The notes under the pieces were generated by a model. The model worked only from the letters and a program-made list of their open reading frames with translations, was not told the origin of the DNA and searched no databases. The position numbers and the translations under genes were made by a program. A stretch of DNA of 64,000 nucleotides from Vezdaea acicularis. Its lineage: Eukaryota. Each line of letters starts with the position of its first letter. The stretch's first letter is position 1. Shown piece after piece: positions 47,760 through 59,263 of this stretch. The stretch lies in the NCBI GenBank assembly GCA_026025075.1, contig JAPEUI010000008.1:186001-250000 (forward strand), in the 5' to 3' direction.

Positions 47760-47891
47760 CGACACTCTTCAATTTCCAGTCGAGGTTCCTCTCCACCGGG
47801 GAAAGAAAATGTCGACATTCAATTCACTAGGGCTCAACCGGCCAGAGCAAACTCGACCGGCGGTGCCTTTATCCAGCGTGCAAACAGTCGC
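47760..47891 (+). pseudogene. Duplicated 44-codon fragment of the 42447-44345 gene (matches 43839-43970)
   Basis: Translates RHSSISSRGSSPPGKENVDIQFTRAQPARANSTGGAFIQRANSR versus RHSSISSRASSPSGKENVNVQSTRAQPTRANSTGGAFIQRANSR: 38/44 aa identical, 25 nt differences in 132, no indels. Confidence 0.85.
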
Positions 47892-48131
47892 TGGGGTAGC
47901 CGGTGCTCGAGGCGGAACGCGCCCTGAGCAACTAGCGGGAAAGGGCCGCAAGGCTATGTCCCAGCTCAAGGGGAGACCCGAGACGAATGGGAGCAGGTAT
48001 GCACATACATAAATATATATACGGAAAACGCAACGGAAACGTGGTCGGAAGAAGATGGAGCGTAGGGACTGGTGATGAGGAGAAACCAACGGATTGCAGC
48101 TCTCAAGCGAGGTGGCGGTCGCTGGGGTAGC

Positions 48132-48278
48132 GACATTAGCAGGACGACATTAGCAGAACGACATTAGCAAGACGACATTAGCAAGACGACATTAGCAAGA
48201 CGACATTAGCAAGACGACATTAGCAAGACGACATTAGCAAGACGACATTAACAAGACGACATTAGCAGGACGACATTA
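48132..48278. repeat. 14-bp tandem repeat (GACATTAGCAAGAC) x10.5
   Basis: Six perfect central copies with slightly variant copies at both ends. Confidence 0.95.
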
Positions 48279-48418
48279 TTTTGCGATTTGCTTCAGGTCA
48301 ATCGATTACATTTCACAATTTTCAGCTCGATGGATAGTAGTTCACTCGTAGGAAATGAAAAGCTTTACCTGTAGCCAAGATCGCCATCACTGAGTGCACA
48401 TTTGACATTAAAACTCCT

Positions 48419-50497
48419 CTACACATCCAGTCTTCTGTTTGTACCATCGTAGCCAGCCGCTCTACTCCTCCTCTTCGGCGCCGGTGTAGATGCAACCTTT
48501 CCCACTCCCGCAGCTTGCGCTGTCAGAGGCAACCTACTCTCCCTCTTCGCAGGCGACAATCGCGCCGAAGACCTCACCTTCTGCGTGGGCGTCTCCAGCT
48601 TCTCCCTCACAGCCTTCACGGCCTTCGCCTGCCCCTTCTCCACTGTCTCCACTGGGGCCGCTACTGACGGACCCACTTTCTTCGGCTTGGGCAGCGCCTT
48701 CTTCCTAACCTTCCCCTTGCACTGTCCATCCTGGAAGTAGACAAGCTGCTCATCCCACCTGACGCCCTTACCCTTTTTCTCCTTCGCTTCACCTTCCGCC
48801 TCACCTCCTGTTAGTCCAATGACAACAACAGGCACATCCTCGGCCAGCGCCCGGATCTGCAGCATCGTAACTTCTCTATTTCCCTTGTTGCGCCGTGTGT
48901 TGGCTCTCGTCAAGCTGGATAGCTCTTGTGCAGCGCTTTTCTGCAACTGTGCTTGCAACATCTCACTTCCATCTGCCCGGCGTACAACGGGGATGAAATT
49001 CGTTTCCTTAGCTTTATCCTTGTCTTTGAATGCGGGAAGCCGTGTGCGTTTGCTGCGCCTGTAGTTCTCTGCCTCTGGAGCATTGCTGCCCGAGGCGGAG
49101 CGTTTGGAGGGACTTTCGGGCTCGGCCGGTATTGCGACTGATGAGGTCGGTTTCAGAGGCGATGACGAGGGCGAGTTTGTGTCTAGATCGCCCAAGGGAC
49201 GGCGTGGAGAGATCGAGGCTCGTGCAAAGACACTTTGTTCTGCTCGGGCGATCTTCGCGGCTTTGGAGGTGCGCACGCGGTCGAGGAAGTCTTTCAGCAT
49301 GTCGGTGTCGTCTGCAAGGTAGGTGTTGTTATCGGAGTTGGGAGGTTGAGCAGCTATTGCGCAATCAGTCGGAGAGAGTGTGATGAGACCGTTGATGGTG
49401 GCTGTCGCTTCATCGTCGATGTAGGTTGGTGGACTTCGGATGGTGGGTCTAAATGGTGAAGCAATATGTTTGAGTGGCGAAGTGCTTGAGCGAGTGGAGT
49501 ATAATTTTGGGGGCACCTTGGGCAATAGGGTCTCCGCGAGCCCTTCGAGGGGAACGTCAAGTATTCTCGGGGCTTCGGCCTCTTCTGGGCTTGCAGCTAG
49601 ATCCTCAGCTTGCTTCCCATCGGCATCATCTAACACGGTGTCATCTTGGAGCACGCTGTCTGTGAAGAAGTCCGCAACAAGGCCTGTCACGGTGTCTGTT
49701 GCTTCACCGGCCTCGCCCTCCTCATCAGAGTCTTCGGTATTTAAGTCTTCCGTCGGTTCCGACTCCTCGATTTGTGGTTGCACTTCTGTAAGTATAAGTG
49801 ACGTAGATTCGACAGAGCTGCAGCGCGCTTCTGGCACTACAATCGACGTAGATTCAGCAGAGCTGCCGCGCGTTTCTGGTTCCAGGCTTCGTGACACGCT
49901 CCGTGATGCATTTCGGTAGTGAATGCGTTGCCCTTCCGCGTTTCGCTTCCTTGAAAGGGGCTGGGCTTCGCTCGTGATGCCCTGTTCTTCCCATACAGTC
50001 ACGGTCATGACAGTGTCTGATTCAATGCTAGACAGAACTTCTGCTGGCACCCAGTCAGTAACAGCTCAGCCACAGTCGAATTGGTAGACAGTGTTACCTT
50101 GATCATCCGTCACATCGATCTTCATAGCATCTCCTTCCTTCCATGGCGCAACTCGATCTTCACGTCCAAAAAGTAGCCTCCGTTTGGCCCGAGCTTCTAA
50201 ATCTTTTTTGGGAGTTACGCAGACCCAATTCTCTCCCTTCAGCATAGCTTCACTATCTGATGACTGTCCTGCCGCGTCAGCGCTCACGCTGCGCTCAGAT
50301 AGTTGAGGTCGCTTCCATATCTTCTGTCCTTTCCTTCGCTTTGCGACTGGCGATGCGGGTGCTCTTTCCCAGGCTCTAGGTACGCGACGACAAACAGCTA
50401 TAGGATTAAGATCTAACACTTCGTTATCGCTAAGGGGCCTAGAGGCAGATTGTGAGCTTTTGCCAGAGCGAACAAAGGACTCGGTGGTTCCTACCAT
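48419..50497 (-). CDS. Hypothetical low-complexity protein (acidic middle, basic C-terminus); exons 50497-50098 and 50043 (or 50040)-48419
   Basis: Two long ORFs joined in frame by intron GTAACA...ACTGAC...CAG(CAG). Islands that look conserved: 'DDTDMLKDFLDRVR', 'SPRRPLGDLDTNSPS', 'LTRANTRRNKG', 'KGVRWDEQLVYF'. Confidence 0.72.
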
Positions 50498-50899
50498 TCG
50501 CCGCCGAAACTTTGCGTTGCCGGCGCAGCTTCTGTCAGCGCCATGCTGTGGCAATACTATATATGTCGTGATGTTACCGATAGCCCAAGTGAACCGAATC
50601 ATTGAGTTCCAAGGGGATCAATTCCAATCTCGAGACGTTCCGTAGGGTAAAATAGTAGATGTTGTGTAGGCAGCGAAATGGTGGTTGTCGCCCGAAATCC
50701 GAAGTAAACAAAAGCCGACCAATCGCGAGCTATATTGCGACAGGGGGTTTGACATCACGTGCAGCTAAATCTTCCCAATCGAGATTTGCGAAACTCTCGA
50801 GATACAGATGTTAAATCTTACAACCACCCATTGATCAGCACGAAAGCAGGGCCGAACAACCAGATGAGGGTAGGCCTCTAACTTTCAACGTTGAAGGCC

Positions 50900-51339
50900 A
50901 TGTCTTCTGTAGCCAAAGGGACCATGAAGGCGCCCCAGCGGCTACAGCCTCTCAAGACGTTCCGCGTGAAGAGGCCGAATAAGGTGACGGAGAGCGAATG
51001 CGTCGGGATCATGCAGAACGTACTCAGTAAGCTCATCGAAAAGCTTTTTGTTGTTTGTGGAATATTGACCATCATGTTCGCCTTCTAGCTTGCTGGGCTT
51101 CATCGGGATACACGGCAAAGGGGTGCACCGCATTAGAGCAGACATTACGAGCATGTATGGATAAGCCGGTGAGTCAACCTTGCTGGAGGACGTCCTGATT
51201 ATTCCAGAGTATGTGGCTCTCAGGAAGAAGGCTGATGATCCTCGATGATTAGCGGCAAACAAAACCGAAGAAGAGCACAATCAACTACCACATGATGCGC
51301 CTATACCCCAAAATAATAGGCCCACACAAGCGTAAATGA
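50900..51339 (+). CDS. MRP10: Mitochondrial small-subunit ribosomal protein mS37 (Mrp10, twin CX9C); exons 50900-51026, 51089-51168, 51253-51339
   Basis: Spliced protein ...FRVKRPNKVTESECVGIMQNVL|TCWASSGYTAKGCTALEQTLRACMDKP|RQTKPKKSTINYHMMRLYPKIIGPHKRK*. Twin CX9C and the 'INYH..RLYP' tail are present. Confidence 0.9.
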
Positions 51340-51592
51340 GGGTATGGCGAAGGGGGTTATGAATGTATTATACGGCATTGAAGGCGTGCGGGCATGTGGT
51401 TTAAGGATATATTATACAGAAAAATCCAGAGAGATCTTGTACATAAGTTTTGGCAGATACTAGACTTGTATAAAACAAAAGTGTTGAACAGAGATTCTAT
51501 CGTGATAGCATTATTTAAGTCATAATGTACAGCATAAGATACTCACCCTCTCATCCAGCTCCAGCTGTATACAGACACTCCCATCATCAGCC

Positions 51593-53461
51593 TCAAGTCT
51601 TCCCAAGGCCAACCAGAACCAATAACGCCACATTCATAATCACAATAACCAACCAGATTAGCACCGCCAAAACCGTGGTAATCCAATGATTCCGCATCTG
51701 TATGGGCCCCGCGGCCCCGCCAGTGGATACCGTCATGAACTTGTTGCGACAAGTGAAGTAGATCAGAGGCGCCGAGACAAACGGTAAGATAACGCTAAGC
51801 GCGACTTGTGTGCCATTGAGAGCCGCGGAGAGCCCCTTTGCCCCAACGGCTCCAGCAATGATGATGGATGGAGTGATAGAAATGCTGCGGGTGATGAGGC
51901 GACGCACCCAAGGAGCAACAGTCCAATTCAATTGCCCTTCGGAAACCATTTGCCCTGCTATGGTTGCTACGATGCCAGCTGACGTACCCGAAAGCAGTAG
52001 TGCCAAGGCGAAGATTGTACCAGCTATAGGTGCGATAGACTTCGCAAGTAGGTCGTGGATACCGAAGAGGTCTGCATTCTGCGCTTCAGGAGTTTCTGAT
52101 AGTGAGCTTCCGGCAACAATGAGTATAGCGCTATTTACGAAGAGAGCAAAGGTGAACAGTGATATTATAACCTCAATTGTCGAATATTTCAAACAAAACC
52201 GAATAGCTGGCAATGACGGATGATATCTAGGCTTGTCATCTTCCTCGTAAGTAGAACTATTGGATGTTGCAGGAATGTTGCCTATCTTGGTGTCAAACTC
52301 TCGGAGACGAGCTTGAACGACGCCACTCCCTAAATAGAGGCTATGAGGCATTACTGTGGCTCCAAGAATCCCGCAACTTTGGTATAAGCTTAGCTTCCGA
52401 GTTAGCGCTGGTCTTGGCTTCTTTCAAGGCACAGATATAGACAAGCTTACCCCTGAGATTGAATTATGGTAGAGGATGGTAAATATCCCCTTAGGACCTC
52501 CCGAATGCTGGTACTCTGTAGAAGTGAAAGCTGTATGCAGAAACATACTACAACGCCAAGTACCAACGCGACCACGAAAAACTCGAATGCACGAAGACGG
52601 CGCATGGATCCTGTGGGGTTATAAAATAGTAGAATAATGACTACGTCTACTATAGTAATAGCACATCCTGCCACAAGTGGGATTTTAAGAAGCAGATTGA
52701 GAGCAATAGCAGAGCCTATGACCTAGAAAGACCGTCAGCAGATACATGCGATATTCTCAAAGCAGCCATACCTCAGCAATGTCTGTAGCAATGATAGCCG
52801 ATTCAGCAAAGATGTAGAGAGAGATATTAAGCCACCCTGGGAGATTGGCCCGACAATGCTCGGCCAGGTTCATACCCGTGACAGTCCCGAGTTTCACACA
52901 AAGTGACTGTAGGAATATAGCGAACAGATTAGACATGAGGATTATGAATAGCAGGCGGTATTTGAAAGTAGCCCCCGCAGCGACATCGGTAGAGTAGTTC
53001 CCTGGGTCGATATATGCGACTGACACCATAAATCCTGGACCAATGAACTTGCCAAACTTCACTGCCACTCGAGAAAATTGTCGAAAGAAGCCCGTGAAAC
53101 CGTTCTTGCGATTCGGAGTAGGTGAGTGAGGGCTTTCTGACCCGGCACATAATTCTGAAGTTCCACCAAGACGCGATAGATCCTTGCGGTCTCGAGCTTT
53201 CGCTGCGTCTTCCTTTAGAGCCAGCATGCGCCTTTCAGTCGTTGTGGTTTCGCCATCAGCCGCGGCTCTCTGAACGTCGATATCTATGCACTGTCCTTTC
53301 ATCTCATTCTCTCCAGGTTCAATCCTGTGGTCGTGAGGCAACCTCGAATTTACAATTCCATTGAGGTCTTGTCTCGTAGTCGTGTCTGCAGCAAACGCAG
53401 GAGGGCTCTGATTCCAGCCATCGTGACCCGAAGTCTCGTCGTTACGTGATGGGCAATTCAT
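51593..53461 (-). CDS. NRAMP-family divalent metal (Mn2+) transporter, Smf1/Smf2-like; exons 53461-52772, 52722-52451, 52388-51593
   Basis: Signature 'VAYIDPGNYSTD', 'AIIATDIAE|VIG', 'ILGATVMPHSLYLGS', 'TIAGQMVSEG', 'RRLITRSISITP'. Confidence 0.95.
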
Positions 53462-54336
53462 CTTGGACTCTCACTGCGGCTCTTGAGTAAAAGCCCTTCT
53501 TTGTGCATTGTAGAGTTGTGCCGTGGGGGAGGGGCAATTGTGACGATCTATATTTTTGGACATTTCGGATGCGGCAAGGTCCGTCGACAAAAGGGCCAAG
53601 AACCCGGACCATTTGGTGGACTTAAGCTAAGCCGAAGAAAGTATGGCGCATTCTTCGAGAGATCCTGGTGACCATCATGGTTTTCGAATAAGGGCTGGGC
53701 CGGGTGAGGACGACAGGCTTGGGACATGTTCGCAAGCAGCGAGGCCTGTTAAGCTCGTATATAGGAGAGATAATCAGTGGGTTCGATGGAGTAAAGTGGG
53801 TGCGATAGCTTTGCATCCAAGGTGGGTGGGGGTCCGGTCAGGCCTCCACGAGGATTGGACGAAAGAAGAATACAAGACTTTCTCCGCACTCACTACTCTC
53901 ATTGCAGAATTCCAACAAGCCAGAACAGAGAACATTAAACAGATTATGCATTCTGCAATAAGGCCCGATTCGGGTATAATTGGCACTTGTCGGTGGTTGG
54001 AAAGATGCGACCTTGAATCGGTTGCCCCGACAACCGGGCCACTAGAAGCTCCTGGAGCGAAACGAACTCAAGGCTTCGAGCTTCAAGCTTCAAGCTCCAA
54101 TTTTCTCAGTATTTGCTTCGCTTTATTCAGGCTTCCTCTTAGGGTGGATTATGACTTAATGATTATGCCTTCCTGAACTCTTTAGGTTCGGAGTATACTG
54201 CAAGCGTTTGGTTCCATCAAGCCATCTGTAGCGTCCTTACCAGCGTTACTGTTTACTGCAGCCCCCGCCTGAGGTTGGACTACGGGTACTTATTGGTAAA
54301 ACCCAACACATGGTGTAACAGTCCAAGAAGGTTGAC

Positions 54337-57218
54337 ATGATGAATAGCTCTACAGTAATCCAACGTTCAACTATGGCTACTTCAATGCACGGCAGTGCCG
54401 GCCAAGATGGACGCCATCACAAGAGATCCACCTCATCGAAGTTAATGTCCATGATCAATCCTCTTGGCCACAGGCGAAATCCTTCAGCAGGTGCCACGCT
54501 AGCAAACAACAAGTTCGATGAGAACTACAGCCCTGACGTATACGTGGGAGGAAAGGCTTTACCATATCTCCCATCGGATCATCCCCACGCCGGCAACATG
54601 CCTCTTGGAGAATTGCAGCAAGGTCGGTCTCAGAAAGCATCACCATCCTTTGAATCGAAAGAGGGTACCAATGTCTTGAATCGTGAGCCATGGGTCCATA
54701 AGAAGACCCTTAGCTCCACCACCTTCATTGCAAGTCCAGAAAAGGAGAAGAAAAGGGGCCGAGGCCGTTCAAAGACTGTAGCAGATGGGCAGGGTAATAG
54801 TGGAAAGCACTCAAAGAAGAGCAGATCACAGTCGAATCTTGCCGCTCTCTTTTCGAGGCCGAAATCTTCGAAATCTTCGAAGTCGTTCTTCGAGAATGCT
54901 CCTCAAGATAAAGAGAATCAGGCTCCGCCTCTATCATCCGACGAGAACCCTCCTCCAATTTATGCTCAATTTGCGTCTCGACCACTGGAAGATCACTCGC
55001 ATGTAGACGCTCTCATGAGAACTCATCAAAGGTTCGACGTCGATACAGAGATCTCTCTATATACTCCTTCAGGTTATTCCGCTTCACAACAGCGCAACTT
55101 CTACGGCGCGCCGTTGCTTACCAGGCGCCCTTCAGAACAGAAGGCCCGGCCCATGTCAGAAATAATATCTTCAAACACATCTTTGAGTGCTTTTCAAGAT
55201 GGAGGATCTGACTCTAGAAAGAGTAGCTATGATCACACATTACCGAACCCATCAGGACGGACTCTTACTGGTCTAGTGAGAAGATTGAGCGCAGAGCGTG
55301 GTAGCGTACCTGCAGCGGAGAATTCAAGTCGAAGAACAAGCGAAGAGAGAAAACCAGTGCAGAGCAGACCCGCGGAAAAGTTGACAATTGCGAAGCGCGG
55401 CTCAAGAGTAATGGCTGCTGTTACAGCTCTCAATAACAAAGCTAAGGAAACCGAGAAGTGGGACAAAAGGGGGGTTAAGGACATAGAGGGAGCATTCGAG
55501 GCCCTTCTCGTGAGTATTATGACATCTTGCTATGATAGATCTTAGCTGACAGACATTGGAAAGGAATCTCGCAACATCCCTCAAAATATGCGAGAGAAGA
55601 TGCGAGCTCTAGATATCAACATCAAGACTGATTTTGTTGAAAAAGACAAAGCAGAGACACAATCAACACTTGTCACTGCCACGCCAACTTCAAACATCGC
55701 AAGAACATTTGGAGGGACAGTGACCTCGACGGCGGTTGACAAGAATACAGGAAAGAAATGCGAAGGGAACACTGGCATCGATGAGTCCCACACCCAGGAG
55801 GCGGGTTCCGCTAGTCCAAACAAGCGCGCTCGTCCTCGAAGCAGGAATTTCACCCTTCATAAAGGAGAGAACTCATCATCAAAGAAGCTGAAGTCTAGCA
55901 GCGCTACAACTTCAAGCAGAGTCAAGTCCACGGACCTTGCATCCGACGGAAATTCAAGTTCTCTTGCGTCCCTCAATCCCAACACTGCTATAAAGGGGGC
56001 CTTCCGATCAAAGTCCAAGCATTCGATTCCAGAAGACTTTATTGCGTATCTGCGAAAAGTCCATAAGCTAGAGTCTTTCGAGATAGCAAAGTTACATAAA
56101 CTTAGACAACTTCTCCGGAATGAAAGAGTCTCTTGGGTAGACTCCTTTATTACTTTAGGAGGAATGGACGAAATTGTCGGATTACTTACTCGCATCATGG
56201 CGGTTGAATGGAGGTAAGACAGCCTATTTCAGACACAAAGAAGGGTATACTGACTGCTTCGCGCAGGGAGGAACATGAGGATTCCCTTCTACACGAATCT
56301 CTTCTCTGCCTCAAAGCGCTCTGCACCACCGCTCTTGCTTTGCAAAAGCTCCTTGAGATTCAAATGACTCTCTTCCCTGCTCTTCTTGGGATGCTATTTG
56401 ACGAGGAGAACAAGGGTCCTAGTGAATTTTCCACGCGAAGCATAATCATCAGCATCATTTGTGAGTTGGACCCTTTATGATTTAAGCGCATCTTTGACCA
56501 TTCAGCAGTCACACATTTAGCGACTGCTCCGCCGAATGATCTTGCAGTACGCGCCCGAACAATCCTAGGCTATCTGAAGGACCAGGCGCCTCCGAAAGAT
56601 GCTCAACCGCTCGATTTCGTTGCCTCCATGCAGAAGCCACGGCCGTATCGGGTATGGTGCAAGGAGGTTGTAAATGTCACCAAAGAAGTCTTTTGGATCT
56701 TCCTTCACAATCTGAATGTGATCCCGAATACAGCAGAATCTGACTCAGTGAATGAAACATTTGCTCAGACACATTTCCCTAAGGAGAGGCCGCCAGTTCC
56801 AGCAGCACCATACGTAGGCGGCGTAGAATGGGATGCTACTCACTACCTCGCTGGGCATGTGGACTTGATGAATGCTCTCATCGCATCACTTCCGACACGT
56901 GAAGAACGAAACAAGCTTCGTGAAGAGCTTCAAGTCTCCGGTTTCGAACGTATGATGGGTAACTCGCTTCGAACTTGCAAGGAAAAGTTTTATGGCCATG
57001 TACACGATGGTCTACGTACCTGGATTGGTGCAGCAAATGCCGATGAATGGGACATACAAGTTGTGAGGATGGGCATGCTTCCGCAGGAGAGAAAAATGAG
57101 TCCTAAGAAGAAGAGAGAAGCCAAGGCTGAAGCGCCCAGGATAGACGTACCGAAGTTGAGCCTCGGTATGGCGGCTAAGGAGGAAACCAAGGACAACGAA
57201 TGGGTCTTGATGGACTAA
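54337..57218 (+). CDS. Formin-type GTPase-binding (GBD) domain protein without FH2 (Rid1-like); exons 54337-55509, 55564-56213, 56267-56460, 56509-57218
   Basis: 'FEALL|ESRNIPQNMREKMRALD', 'LHKLRQLLRNERVSWVDSFITLGG', 'EWR|EEHEDSLLHESLLCLKALCTT', 'RPYRVWCKEV', 'PAAPYVGGVEWDAT'. Start could be a slightly downstream ATG. Confidence 0.8.
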
Positions 57219-57817
57219 TGATGATAGGACTAAACGAGACTATGTTGTACCAAGGGTGACTGGAAGTTAAGCTTTCCATGGCTTGATGTAAGGGGCCAGG
57301 ACTTAATGAAGCGACGAACGGCGAACGACTTGGAGTTGAGTGAAGCAGCAAGTGGTGGGTGGACAGGAAGCTCAAGCTAGCTGTATCTCATTTGGATTCT
57401 TATTGGACTATGATTTTCTTAGTTCCCTTAACGATTAACGTGCCTGCACAGTCTGTGATGCAAAAGACCGAAATGATATTTTGACGCCTTCGAAGTGATC
57501 TGCAAACCCCTGCAAGGGTCGGGGTTCTCGCTACGCTAAAGTCCGTGCCCCACCACATATGCTAAGCAGCTTGGAGAAACGTTCAGAATCTTCAGACTTC
57601 TATTTCTAAGTCCGTAAATACCGCCGTCCTTCAATTCTTATAAGTGTAAAGCCAGAGGTAAGGTAATGTTCTACGTGGATAACGTATCTAAACTAACGAT
57701 ATCATGGCTATTAGCAAGAGAGTTCCGCCATCTTCCGAGAGCAAGTCCCCCGATCACGTCAACCCCTCTGTAGTCCTATCTTCCCTCTCTCCACCGCAAG
57801 AAAGACCTCGACCGAAC

Positions 57818-59263
57818 ATGCCACCACTCACTGTCCTAACGGATAGAGACGTCAGAAAGGTCCTCCTAGACCTGACTGAGGATGAGATAAAAGGCATGCA
57901 GAATGAAATGGCGGAAGCACTACATACATACAGCACGGGCACACAAGAGCAGTCGGCATGCCACTCGAACCAACCGCTGCGAACGATGCTAGCAACCGGG
58001 CCTGATAGGACGACGATCGTCATGCCCGCACGAACGGGTACCAGCGTTGGCGTCAAGATGGTTACACTTGCCGAAAGCAAACCGTGCACAGCCGCCGACG
58101 CAAAGTCCCCGCGCTCGCCCAGCACTCCGAGTATGGATACGCTCTCTTTGTCCAGCTCTCCCAGTTTTTCAAGCACAGATAGCACCAGCAGCACAGGCAG
58201 GGGTAGTTTTGATAGCGGAGTCAAGTCCAGCGCCTCTAGCCTATCCAACACCACATCTCCATCGTCCACATCCTCTTCCAAGCCCTTCTCCCCCACTACA
58301 GCGCGCACCGCAACTCCCACTCAATCATCAACGACCTCGCTCCCCCTCTCTGCAATCGAAGCGACCACTTCTCCCTCGGGCTCCCTCACCCTCCTCACCC
58401 CCTCCGGCACGCCCTACGCCCTTCTCAACGCCACCACCTTGACCGCCTTCCGCACCGCTCTCGCCACCTCTCTCCTCCTCCGCAAACGAACTCACGCCCG
58501 CAACCTAACCGTCTTCGGCGCCGGCGCACAAGCATACTGGCACATCCGCCTTGCGCTACAACTGCGTGGCCCCGAAATCAAACATGTGAACATCATCACA
58601 CGGAGTTTTTCACGCGCATCCGAGCTCATCAAAACGCTTCACAACGAAGCGGCGGAGCATCACGAATGGCGCCGCTCCGGCGTCAAATTTGCCATCCTTA
58701 CCGCCGAGTACCAAGACTACGAGCGCTTGCTCCGCGACCAAGTTCGCGGCGCAGACGTCATTTTCTGCTGCACGCCCGCCACGGAGCCGCTCTTTCCGCC
58801 TGAGATGCTCGTCAGCGGCGAGGGCAAGAAGAAGGGCCGCCTCGTCGCGGCGATCGGGAGTTACAAGCCGCATATGATCGAGCTGCATCCGGATGTGCTG
58901 CGGCATGCTGTCGCGCCTCCGCATGGGCATCATCACCACAAGCACGCGCAGCAAGGGGGTGTGGTTGTGGTGGACACGCTGGAAGGGGCAAGGAAGGAGA
59001 GTGGAGAGGTGAGGCAGGCGGGCTTGAAAGGCGAGGAGATGGTTGAGGTGGGGGAATTAGTCATGCTGAGGAAGATGGCTGATGCGGAGAAGGTCGCGGG
59101 CAAGGTGGATAAGGAGGGCGATGGCGGATTGCTTCGCTGGCTGCAGGATGGGAATGTCGTGTATAAGAGTGTGGGCATTGGACTTATGGATGTCGTGGTT
59201 GGGGCGGAGATGGTCAAGCTGGCTAATAGAAGGGGCGTGGGAACCGTGGTTCCGCATTTTTGA
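57818..59263 (+). CDS. Ornithine cyclodeaminase / mu-crystallin family protein, PrnX-like; single exon
   Basis: 'MPARTGTSVGVKMVT', 'LNATTLTAFRTALA', Rossmann 'VFGAGAQAYWH', 'ADVIFCCTPATEPLF', 'AIGSYKPHMIE', 'VYKSVGIGLMD'. Start taken at MPPLTVLTD; an in-frame ATG also lies at 57704. Confidence 0.88.
   Translation: MPPLTVLTDRDVRKVLLDLTEDEIKGMQNEMAEALHTYSTGTQEQSACHSNQPLRTMLATGPDRTTIVMPARTGTSVGVKMVTLAESKPCTAADAKSPRSPSTPSMDTLSLSSSPSFSSTDSTSSTGRGSFDSGVKSSASSLSNTTSPSSTSSSKPFSPTTARTATPTQSSTTSLPLSAIEATTSPSGSLTLLTPSGTPYALLNATTLTAFRTALATSLLLRKRTHARNLTVFGAGAQAYWHIRLALQLRGPEIKHVNIITRSFSRASELIKTLHNEAAEHHEWRRSGVKFAILTAEYQDYERLLRDQVRGADVIFCCTPATEPLFPPEMLVSGEGKKKGRLVAAIGSYKPHMIELHPDVLRHAVAPPHGHHHHKHAQQGGVVVVDTLEGARKESGEVRQAGLKGEEMVEVGELVMLRKMADAEKVAGKVDKEGDGGLLRWLQDGNVVYKSVGIGLMDVVVGAEMVKLANRRGVGTVVPHF

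Noticed and set aside
47119..48278. CRISPR-like array
   Set aside because: Eukaryotic context, no cas genes; the 47-bp units have related rather than unique spacers and the 14-bp array has no spacers.
53643..54176. 177-aa ORF between the NRAMP and GBD genes
   Set aside because: Lies in a divergent promoter interval and has no domain-like signal.
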